Source of the DNA: Raphidiopsis brookii D9
Lineage (GTDB): Bacteria; Cyanobacteriota; Cyanobacteriia; Cyanobacteriales; Nostocaceae
Length of the DNA stretch: 32,000 bases
NCBI GenBank assembly: GCA_000175855.1
Contig: ACYB01000037.1
Location: 60,001-92,000 of the forward strand
Direction of reading: 5' to 3'
A program made the position numbers and the translations under genes. Below, one piece after another: positions 1 to 7,688 of this stretch (position 1 is its first letter; each line of letters starts with the position of its first letter). A model generated the notes under the pieces. The model saw only the letters and a program-made list of their open reading frames with translations, ran no database searches and was not told the origin of the DNA.

Positions 1-765
1 TTTTTCTATCTCCACAAATCGGGTTTGAGGAATTATCCCCTCCTGTAAGAGTTGGTTATAGCGAGCAACTTCTAGGGAATCCCGACGTAAACGGTTTTCA
101 GCCAATCCATAGGCAACTTGGGTAGACTGGATGTTATGTTTTACTTGTTCTACCTGTGTAAGTCTTTCCAATTTTTGCAACTGATATGCACTCTGTTTAG
201 CATCGAGATTTTCCCTTGCTTGATTTAATTGGGCAAGTTTTTCTAGGGATTGGGATTGATTTTGTTGTTTTTGAATATTAATAGCCAGTAACACCTGATT
301 ATATAACAATTCTATTTGGGTTTGACGATTGACTAAACCCTCTAATTTTGCCTGAGCTTCTTGTAATTGTGTGCGCACTAATTGAGAGTCAATTTCCATC
401 AAAGGTTGTCCAGCTTGAACCCTAGCACCTTCTTTAACATTAACTGCAACCACACTACCCATAACCGAACTATCTAACTTATGAGTTGCACCTTTTGGTT
501 CCATTCTACCACTAGCACTCCCCGTTTCGTCAATTTGAGAGAACATAATCCATGGTAAAGCAACTGCTGTAAAACTAACCAGTAAATACAGCATGGATCT
601 GGTCCACACTTTTGGTAAAGCATCTAATAATTCTTCCGTGCCATAAAACCAGTCTTTAACTGAAGTTTCTACCTGTTTGGGATTTTCTTGACTAATAATT
701 TCGGCAATTTGCGGTTGTTCTGATATCAAAATTGCTGAAGATGAATTATAGGTTGATTGTGGCAT
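1..765 (-). CDS. HlyD-family membrane-fusion/periplasmic adaptor protein of a peptide (type I-like) export system; partial, with the 3' end running off the left edge of the window
   Basis: My own translation of the minus strand from ATG at 765 gives MPQSTYNSSSAILISEQPQ...KVWTRSMLYLLVSFTAVALPWIMFSQIDETGSASGRMEP...VVAVNVKEGARVQAGQPLMEIDS, followed by a long Q/L-rich coiled-coil. This is one N-terminal TM helix, a lipoyl/barrel-sandwich motif and a coiled coil, as in HlyD adaptors. A GAGGGAAGAG Shine-Dalgarno sequence lies upstream. The gene starts 23 nt downstream of the ABC transporter stop. It is open to position 1 and is not in the ORF track because it is truncated. Confidence 0.8.
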   Translation of the reverse strand, partial: MPQSTYNSSSAILISEQPQIAEIISQENPKQVETSVKDWFYGTEELLDALPKVWTRSMLYLLVSFTAVALPWIMFSQIDETGSASGRMEPKGATHKLDSSVMGSVVAVNVKEGARVQAGQPLMEIDSQLVRTQLQEAQAKLEGLVNRQTQIELLYNQVLLAINIQKQQNQSQSLEKLAQLNQARENLDAKQSAYQLQKLERLTQVEQVKHNIQSTQVAYGLAENRLRRDSLEVARYNQLLQEGIIPQTRFVEIEK

Positions 766-788
766 AAATTTCTCTTCCCTCAAGTTCA

Positions 789-3497
789 CTAACTAACTAC
801 AGATAACTGTTGTTGATTAAGATAGTAATAATTTCCACGTTTAGCAATCAATTCCTCATGAGTACCTTGTTCCACTAAAATTCCCCGATCTAATACTAAA
901 ATTAAGTCAGCATGACGTACAGTAGACAGACGATGGGCAATAATTAAACTAGTGCGTCCTTTAAGAATTTTCTGCAAGTTTTTTTGAATGATTCTTTCAG
1001 ATTCTGCATCCAGGTGACTGGTGGCTTCATCTAATATTAGAAGGCGCGGATTTCCTAATAATGCTCTAGCTATAGCTAAACGTTGTCTTTGTCCCCCCGA
1101 TAACATACCTCCTCCTTCACCAATTTGAGTTTCGTAACCCATGGGCATAAATTTAATAAATTCATCTGCACCCGCTAATTGTGCCACAGTAATGATTTCT
1201 TCTAAGGTGGATTCTGGATGGGCAATACTGATGTTTTCTCTAATTGTACCACCAAATAAAAATGTGTCCTGGTCCACAACCCCTATTTGAGACCGCAAAG
1301 ATTTGAGAGCAATACTTGTCACATCTTGGTTGTCTATTAAAATTCTACCATCTGTCGCAGGATATAATCCTAAAATTAGTTTGGATAGAGTGGTCTTGCC
1401 AGATCCACTTCTTCCTACTACCGCCACAGTTTGTTCAGGTTTAATGTGAAAGTTTATATTTTCTAAAATATTAATATCGCTATCTTTGTGATAACGAAAG
1501 GTGACATTTTCAAAGCGAATTTCTCCCCTTAGTTTTGACAGAGTTTGTCGAGGTTGTATAACTAAATCTTCTTCTACTTCTGCTTCTAATACATCATTAA
1601 TGCGCTCGGTAGAAACTATAACCTCTTGAAGTTGATTCCACAAAACAATTAACCTTTGAAAAGGCTGGATAATGCTGCCTAATAACATATTAAAGGCTAC
1701 CAGTTGACCAATAGTCAACTGATTTTGAATTACTAACCAGGCACCAAACCAGAGCAAGCCTGTTGTTGCTAAAGATTGAATGGTGGCACTAATTACTTGT
1801 AACTTATTACTAATTATTTGAACAGCAAAGTTTTTCTTGGTCAAATTATGTAGTAATTCTTCCCATCGCCATCTTACAGTTTGTTCTATAGCCAGGGAAC
1901 GAACTGATGAAATGCCAGTTAAAGCTTGAATTAAATAGCTATTCTCTTTGGCTAATGCTCCAAATACTTCACGACTAATACGTCTCAAAAAAGGTGTGGC
2001 AAATAATGCTAGAAAAACAAATGGCGGGACAACTGCCAAAACAAATAATGCTAGGGGTGGACTATACCAAAACATCAAACCCACATAAATAAATACTGTT
2101 AGTAAATCTAGAATAATAGATAGGGCTTCCCCGGTGAGGAATCGCTGAATTTTTTGGTTTTCTTGTACGCGAGAAACAATATCACCCACATAACGAGACT
2201 CAAAAAAAGACAAGGGTAGTAAAAATGTATGTTTGATAAATCCCACCAATAATGCCACACTAATTTTATTAGCTGTGTGATCTAATAAATATTGCCTAAG
2301 TCCATTAATCACCACTCGAAATAATCCAAAAATTAGTAAACCAAAGCCCACTGTATTTAGGGTTATCGTGCTCCCCTGAACTATGACTCGATCCAACAAA
2401 AGTTGGGTAAATAAGGGCGTTACTAAACCAAAGATCTGAATTAAAATCGAAGCCACTAGAACTTCTACGAGTATCTGAAAGTGAGGTTTGACTAACTCAA
2501 ATAACTGCCAAAATGGGCTATTAGCCTCCATGCTCTCTTGGAAAGACTTTGTAGGTTCTAATAATAGTGCATAACCAGTCCACCCAGCTTTAAATTCCTC
2601 AATCGTTAAAGTTCGTTGTCCAATAGCGGGATCAGCTACAATTACCTGTTTTTTGCTAATCTCATAGACTACTATGTAATGTTTGCCCTCCCAATGAGCG
2701 ATCGCGGGTAATGGTTGCTGAGCTAATTTATCTAAACTAGCTTTTACTGGACGGGTGGCAAAACCAATACTTTCAGCAGCACTGGTTAAACTTTTCATTG
2801 ATGCACCAGAACGGTTAACATTAGCGAGTTCTCGCAGACGATTAATACTGAAATTTTTTCCCCAATAACGGCTAATCATTACTAAACAAGCTGCACCACA
2901 GTCGGAAGCACTTTGTTGTTCAAAGTATGGGTATCGTTTAGTGATTTTATGCCACCAATTACTAACTGTAACTGTAGCAGTAGGGAAGTATTTTTGTAGT
3001 TTTTTCCGTTCTGGTTTAGGTGGTTGACTCCTTGAAGGAAGTTCAATGATATTCTGACTTGTGGTAGAGACTGGTGTTTCTAGGTGTGTTTTTAAAAAGC
3101 TATCCCAATTTTTGGCTTGGAGCAATAAACGATCTAGAACACTAGGCAATTGATTAATTACTACCTGGGGAAGATAACCAATCTTCAAATCTACGGAAGC
3201 TCTAACAACATAATTGGCAAAATCATATTTGGGAAATAATGTCAACTCCCCAAAGCATGCTCCTGATGTTAAAGTGCTAACTAAATTGTTCCTACTATCT
3301 AATATTCTCGCTCGACCTGATAATACTAAATAAATTCCTGGGCGGGCGGTTTCAGATTGCCAAAATTGTTTCCCTACAATAGGTTCAATGATTTCCAATT
3401 TTTGCAAACAATTTTCCAGATCCTTTTGATCCAGGGATTGACCCAAAATATGACTAATTTGGGCAGCTATATCTTCTTGAGAAAGGGCTGAAATCAT
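789..3497 (-). CDS. Peptidase-containing ABC transporter (PCAT) with an N-terminal cyclic-nucleotide-binding domain, a C39 cysteine peptidase, a 6-TM domain and an ABC ATPase
   Basis: The cNMP/CAP-type motif is GIYLVLSGRARIL...GACFGELTLF...VVRAS. The C39 catalytic residues are intact: QQSASDCGAACL (Cys), AHWEGKHYIVVYE (His), VADPA (Asp). ABC motifs are Walker A GRSGSGKTT, signature LSGGQRQR, Walker B LLILDEATS and H-loop IIAHRLS. Confidence 0.92.
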   Translation of the reverse strand: MISALSQEDIAAQISHILGQSLDQKDLENCLQKLEIIEPIVGKQFWQSETARPGIYLVLSGRARILDSRNNLVSTLTSGACFGELTLFPKYDFANYVVRASVDLKIGYLPQVVINQLPSVLDRLLLQAKNWDSFLKTHLETPVSTTSQNIIELPSRSQPPKPERKKLQKYFPTATVTVSNWWHKITKRYPYFEQQSASDCGAACLVMISRYWGKNFSINRLRELANVNRSGASMKSLTSAAESIGFATRPVKASLDKLAQQPLPAIAHWEGKHYIVVYEISKKQVIVADPAIGQRTLTIEEFKAGWTGYALLLEPTKSFQESMEANSPFWQLFELVKPHFQILVEVLVASILIQIFGLVTPLFTQLLLDRVIVQGSTITLNTVGFGLLIFGLFRVVINGLRQYLLDHTANKISVALLVGFIKHTFLLPLSFFESRYVGDIVSRVQENQKIQRFLTGEALSIILDLLTVFIYVGLMFWYSPPLALFVLAVVPPFVFLALFATPFLRRISREVFGALAKENSYLIQALTGISSVRSLAIEQTVRWRWEELLHNLTKKNFAVQIISNKLQVISATIQSLATTGLLWFGAWLVIQNQLTIGQLVAFNMLLGSIIQPFQRLIVLWNQLQEVIVSTERINDVLEAEVEEDLVIQPRQTLSKLRGEIRFENVTFRYHKDSDINILENINFHIKPEQTVAVVGRSGSGKTTLSKLILGLYPATDGRILIDNQDVTSIALKSLRSQIGVVDQDTFLFGGTIRENISIAHPESTLEEIITVAQLAGADEFIKFMPMGYETQIGEGGGMLSGGQRQRLAIARALLGNPRLLILDEATSHLDAESERIIQKNLQKILKGRTSLIIAHRLSTVRHADLILVLDRGILVEQGTHEELIAKRGNYYYLNQQQLSVVS

Positions 3498-3537
3498 TTC
3501 CTAAACTCCTATATTAGTGACTATTTGCCGGAGATCA

Positions 3538-4149
3538 TTAATGATTTGAAAGTAGACTAAATGACCAATTAAAACTAGGTTCCAAGTTGGATGGTAAATC
3601 ACAAATTGAAATACTCTTATCTTGATTCGTTGGATCTTTTATGGCATAGGGATTTTTAGCTCTAGTGGAAAGTCCCATTTCTTTGAGTAAACGATTAATA
3701 TGACGATCGCTAATGGTAATGCCCAATTCCTTAGCTAGATGTTTACTCAACCATTGAGCAGTCCAATTGCTAAAAGCATAGCCATATTCTCGAGGACTAT
3801 GACTAACTAAGTCTTTCAACCTTTCTAGGTACTGATTATTAACTGTTTTTGGTCTCCCTATCTTTCGCTCTTTCCATTTGTGTGACATTCCTGCTTCTCC
3901 TATACCCATCCAATATCTGGCCATTTCCTGGGAACAGTCGATAATCTCACAAATTTGAGATTGGGATTTTCCCATATCAGCTAATAAGATAATCTCAATT
4001 CTACGGCGATAGTCTGAGTGGGAATTGGTTTGCAAATTTTTTAACAATGTTTTACGTTCAAAGGGGGTTAGAAACTTGCTCTCGTGCTTATCGTAAATTT
4101 CATAAATCTTGTTGGTACTATTGGCATTAGAAGACATAATTATCACCAT
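3538..4149 (-). CDS. Helix-turn-helix protein resembling the N-terminal DNA-binding half of IS630/Tc1-type transposases (HTH plus winged HTH), with no DDE catalytic domain; first gene of the PCAT operon
   Basis: The sequence LTPFERKTLLKNL...RRRIEIILLADMGKSQSQICEIIDCSQEMARYWM...GRPKTV...YLERLKDLVSHSPREYGYAFSNWTAQWLSKHLAKELGITISDRHINRLLKEMG matches the IS630 ORF-A architecture as I recall it. The ORF stops 41 nt upstream of the ABC transporter start on the same strand. An alternative ATG lies at 4137. Confidence 0.6.
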   Translation of the reverse strand: MVIIMSSNANSTNKIYEIYDKHESKFLTPFERKTLLKNLQTNSHSDYRRRIEIILLADMGKSQSQICEIIDCSQEMARYWMGIGEAGMSHKWKERKIGRPKTVNNQYLERLKDLVSHSPREYGYAFSNWTAQWLSKHLAKELGITISDRHINRLLKEMGLSTRAKNPYAIKDPTNQDKSISICDLPSNLEPSFNWSFSLLSNH

Positions 4150-4550
4150 TTATCAAATACTGCAAAGTCTTAGAGTGACAATCAACTCAACTCAAATTAG
4201 AAACTCAACATTTTTCCCCCATAATAATTCATTCAAAAATCATCCAGTCTGCCATAAATTAATATTGGCAAAATTGACTCTTTATTTAATCCTATTGCTT
4301 ATCTTATATTAAATTTTTGTTGAATGTGACAATACTTTAGATTGATGAATTGTGTCAATCTGACTAAAATCCGTGAATGGTTGTTGTAGATGTAACATAA
4401 CCTCAGTCATTATGACGGACAAAAGTTCAGAACAGACAGAGTTGGTTCTGATTTTACTTAAGTGCGCCCAACATCACCACCAAATATCGAATTTACCCCT
4501 TTACCAATTATGGACAGTGGCTGTGGTTATGGACAAAAAGGCTAGACGGG

Positions 4551-4787
4551 TTAATAAGTTTTATTTCGTAATTTAAATAAACCACTCTTCAATAACTCCT
4601 TTTGTATCCAGTTTATAAGTTCTTGATTTAATGCTAAATCTTTTCCCCATGTAAGGCTTTCACCCCAAACAAACCAAGGATCTGAATGGATAACTAATTG
4701 ACGAAGCTTTTTGTCACCTGTAAGTTTTTTTATGGAGATATGATAACAACCGAAATTGCAGATGAAACCATGGGGTTCCATCACCAA
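4551..4787 (-). CDS. Hypothetical small protein (78 aa ORF), possibly non-coding or a gene fragment
   Basis: The support is an ORF only. It has no convincing Shine-Dalgarno sequence and no motif I recognise. It lies in an AT-rich, accessory-looking gap between the PCAT operon and psbI. Confidence 0.2.
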   Translation of the reverse strand: MVMEPHGFICNFGCYHISIKKLTGDKKLRQLVIHSDPWFVWGESLTWGKDLALNQELINWIQKELLKSGLFKLRNKTY

Positions 4788-5163
4788 GCTTACTTATGGG
4801 GTTATTTTAAACTGATTACTCTTTAGGATAAGACCTGCAGCGCACTCACACCCTCCCGATGATGCTCAAAAATTCCCTGGGGAGAAGAGTGTTTATTCTG
4901 TCGGGTGTGTCTAATAGCATCGGATTCCTCCTAAATCCCCTTAAAAAAGGGGTAATTTTAGATTGAACGTGCTTTAAAATGGCTATAGCTATACTTACTG
5001 TAATATGTAAAAACTGACCCTAGTTTAACAGTAGTAAGAATATCAATAAGTTTGAGGTTCCATCTCCAAAAAATGGGTCTAATGTTGGGTAAGATAGTGA
5101 TGCTATCTTTTCTGCGGAGTGGATTGCTAATAACTTTTTTTCTTACCCTTGGGAGATAATCTT

Positions 5164-5280
5164 ATGGTGACTCTAAAAATCGTCGTTTATATTGTGGTTG
5201 CGTTCTTTGTGGGAATTTTTATCTTTGGATTTCTATCCAATGACCCCGCTCGCAACCCTGGCCGTCGCGATTTAGAATAA
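5164..5280 (+). CDS. psbI: Photosystem II reaction centre protein I (PsbI), 38 aa
   Basis: My own translation is [38 protein letters not shown]. This is the canonical PsbI length and sequence pattern (MLTLKI.VY.VV.FF...FIFGFLS.DP.RNPGR.D.E). GGGAGA lies about 8 nt upstream of the ATG. The gene is below the ORF-track size cutoff. Confidence 0.92.
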   Translation: MVTLKIVVYIVVAFFVGIFIFGFLSNDPARNPGRRDLE

Positions 5281-5427
5281 ACAGACACTTAATCATCTGC
5301 AACTGCTGGAAGATATAAGAAACTAGCCAGTTTACATCATTCTAAACAGGTCTCATCAAAAGACAAACATCCCTTGTACTTTTATGTATAAGGGAAAAAC
5401 TACCTATTAGCTTAATCTTTGTCAAAC

Positions 5428-7473
5428 ATGTTTCATCCAGCTTTGCCACCTAATTTACCTCCTGCTTATGAACACATACAACCTCAATCTAATTACTATT
5501 CGGCAGAAAATAAAACAGGCAATACTATTCAATTCTATTCCCGTCCAGTCAATAAAGCGATCGCCACTCCCAAACTAGAATTTACTACTTCAGTTCAACC
5601 TTCTGCAACTGGTTCACAAGCTCAACCTAGGATAGTGGAAGTGCTGTCGGACAAGCAAGAATATGACACCAATAGAAGAGTTGTAACAGCACTGGGAAAG
5701 GTTACAGTTAAGTTTGATGGAGCTATAGTTAATGCTGATCGATTACAGGTTAACTTAGACAACTTAATTGTGGTTGGAGAAGGTAATGTGGTGATCACCA
5801 GAGGTAGTCAGATATTACGGGGGGAACGCTTTACCTATAATTTTCTTCAGGATACAGGGAATTTGGAAAGTGCTAGCGGTGAGATTTATCTACCTTCGGT
5901 TGGTAGTGACCTAGATTTTTCTCCCGGTAGAGAAAGAAACCCAAGTGCTATGTCAAATCTGCTCAGTGAACGTATTCTTGCAAACCAACCAATTAGTCAA
6001 GTTACCAGCCCAGGAGGTGTTAATATTAACTTGGGTGGGGAAGTTGATGCCAGCAATGTTCCCGTGAGTAAAAGTGGAGGAGCAGTCAATCGCGCTAGAT
6101 TTGAAGCCCAACGGGTGGATTTTTATCCCCGTGGTTGGGAAGCTGAAGATGTGAGAATTACAAATGATCCCTTTTCTCCCCCAGAGTTGGAATTACGAGC
6201 ATCTAAGGTAAGGTTAAGACAAGAGTCTCCCTTAGTAGATCGGGTTACCACCCAGCGTCAGCGTTTAGTATTTGACCAAAATTTTGTTCTACCTATTCCC
6301 ATAGGTAGGCGGAAAATTGACCGTCGTAGGCGGGATATATATCCTTTTATAGTGGCCCCGGGTTTTGATAATGGTCAAAGGGGTGGTTTTTACGTGGAAC
6401 GTAGTTTTACCCCCCTGGATACGGAGACGACTAGATGGTCTGTAACACCACAGTTTTTTCTGCAAAAATCTATTGAAAATAGTAGTAATGTACCCGATCT
6501 ATTTGGGGTAAAGACTAAAATAAATAGTACCCTAGGTCCCAGAACTTCCATAGAAGGTGCGGGAGAATTAACTAGTCTCAATTTAGACAAGTTGGAAGAT
6601 AGTTCCCGAGGAAGTATAAGGTTAAAACAAGTAATAGGAAGAGAAAATCCTTACACACTCAACTTAGAATATAGCCACCGCGATCGCCTCTATAATGGCA
6701 CTCTCGGGTTTCAAACCGTACAAAGTAGTGTGGGCGGTCTGATCTCTTCTCCCCTGATCCCTCTCGGGAAAAGTGGTATTAACCTCAATTTCCAAGGCGG
6801 GGGTCAGTATATTAACTCTAACACAGATCGCCCCAGTCTGCTTTCACCTCAACGACAAAATGATCGGGTATCTCTGGGACGTTTGCAAGCTAGTGCATCT
6901 CTGGGCAGTGGTTTATTATTATGGGAGGGGAAACCCTTACCAGCAACCCCTAAACAAGGGTTAAAGTATACACCTAATCCCATTGTGCCTTACTTGCGTG
7001 CGATCGCCAGTGTTACGGGTACAACCAGCTATTATACCAGTGGGGATGAGCAAAGTAGTCTAATCGGGACGGTGGGATTGGTGGGACAGGTGGGACATTT
7101 TTCTCGGTCATTTTTCGACTATACAGGTTTTAACATTAGTTATTCTCAAGGTTTTAACACGGGAACTTCACCCTTTTTGTTTGATCGTTTTGTAGATAAT
7201 AAGGTAATTAGTGCAGGTATTTCACAGCAAATTTATGGTCCATTTCGTTTTGGGTTTCAAACAGCTATTAATGTAGACACAGGTAAGGCAAGCAATACAG
7301 ATTATATAATAGAGTATAATCGGCGTACCTACGGGGTCAGCTTGAGATATAGTCCTACCTTACAAATTGGTAGTTTTATGATTCGTATTAGTGATTTTAA
7401 TTGGGTCGGAGGTGCTGATCCTTTTTCTTTGGAGGAAGTGAAACCAGTGGTGGGGGGAGTTCGTCAAGACTAG
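5428..7473 (+). CDS. OstA/LptD-like outer-membrane protein (cyanobacterial DUF3769-type)
   Basis: An OstA-like N-terminal beta-jellyroll segment is present: VTALGKVTVKFDGAIVNADRLQVNLDNLIVVGEGNVVITRGSQILRGERFTYNF. It is followed by about 450 aa rich in alternating G/S/T/Y/N beta-strand patterns and ending in an aromatic-rich C-terminus, which is typical of beta-barrels. The track ORF starts at TTG 5419, and the ATG at 5428 is more likely. The family name is from recall. Confidence 0.6.
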   Translation: MFHPALPPNLPPAYEHIQPQSNYYSAENKTGNTIQFYSRPVNKAIATPKLEFTTSVQPSATGSQAQPRIVEVLSDKQEYDTNRRVVTALGKVTVKFDGAIVNADRLQVNLDNLIVVGEGNVVITRGSQILRGERFTYNFLQDTGNLESASGEIYLPSVGSDLDFSPGRERNPSAMSNLLSERILANQPISQVTSPGGVNINLGGEVDASNVPVSKSGGAVNRARFEAQRVDFYPRGWEAEDVRITNDPFSPPELELRASKVRLRQESPLVDRVTTQRQRLVFDQNFVLPIPIGRRKIDRRRRDIYPFIVAPGFDNGQRGGFYVERSFTPLDTETTRWSVTPQFFLQKSIENSSNVPDLFGVKTKINSTLGPRTSIEGAGELTSLNLDKLEDSSRGSIRLKQVIGRENPYTLNLEYSHRDRLYNGTLGFQTVQSSVGGLISSPLIPLGKSGINLNFQGGGQYINSNTDRPSLLSPQRQNDRVSLGRLQASASLGSGLLLWEGKPLPATPKQGLKYTPNPIVPYLRAIASVTGTTSYYTSGDEQSSLIGTVGLVGQVGHFSRSFFDYTGFNISYSQGFNTGTSPFLFDRFVDNKVISAGISQQIYGPFRFGFQTAINVDTGKASNTDYIIEYNRRTYGVSLRYSPTLQIGSFMIRISDFNWVGGADPFSLEEVKPVVGGVRQD

Positions 7474-7491
7474 GATAGAAAGAAGAAAAAT

Positions 7492-7659
7492 TCAACATAA
7501 AGCTTTTGATAGGGAACTGGCCAGAAAATACCCCAACTCCACAGGTACTGCATTTCCAATTTGTCTCATAGATTCTGTCCAGCAACCAATAAATCTATAA
7601 TTATCAGGAAACGTCTGAATTCGTTTCGCTTCCAATTCAGATATATTTACAACACTCAT
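7492..7659 (-). pseudogene. C-terminal remnant (motifs IX-X region) of a DNA cytosine-5 methyltransferase, 55 codons
   Basis: My own translation is MSVVNISELEAKRIQTFPDNYRFIGCWTESMRQIGNAVPVELGYFLASSLSKALC*. The pattern E..R.Q.FPD.Y.F.G....yrQIGNAVPV is the conserved C-terminal signature of C5-MTases. No catalytic PCQ or ENV motifs or AdoMet motif I lie upstream, because the GTPase gene ends at 7689. The overlapping track ORF 7397..7585 is in a different frame and looks spurious. Confidence 0.6.
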
Positions 7660-7688
7660 TCTTTTATTTGTGATTGAATTACAAACTT

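Noticed and set aside
3538-4300. Possibility that the HTH gene marks an active or complete IS630-family insertion sequence
   Set aside because: No DDE transposase domain follows in any frame, because the ABC transporter starts 41 nt downstream. I could not find terminal inverted repeats. It is therefore not called as a mobile element.
4109-4576. Track ORFs 4109..4312 and 4373..4576 on the plus strand, and the idea that 4373..4576 and 4551..4787 form a convergent toxin-antitoxin-like pair
   Set aside because: ORF 4109..4312 overlaps the HTH gene start and is low-complexity. ORF 4373..4576 has no Shine-Dalgarno sequence or motif. Nothing resembles a known toxin or antitoxin, and the 26-nt 3' overlap alone is not evidence.
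4841-4860. CACUCACACCCUCC resembles the conserved ACUCCUCACAC core of the cyanobacterial sRNA Yfr1
   Set aside because: The 11-nt core is not matched exactly, since the CU is missing. The flanking two-hairpin architecture and short size of Yfr1 are not evident. The resemblance is too weak to call.
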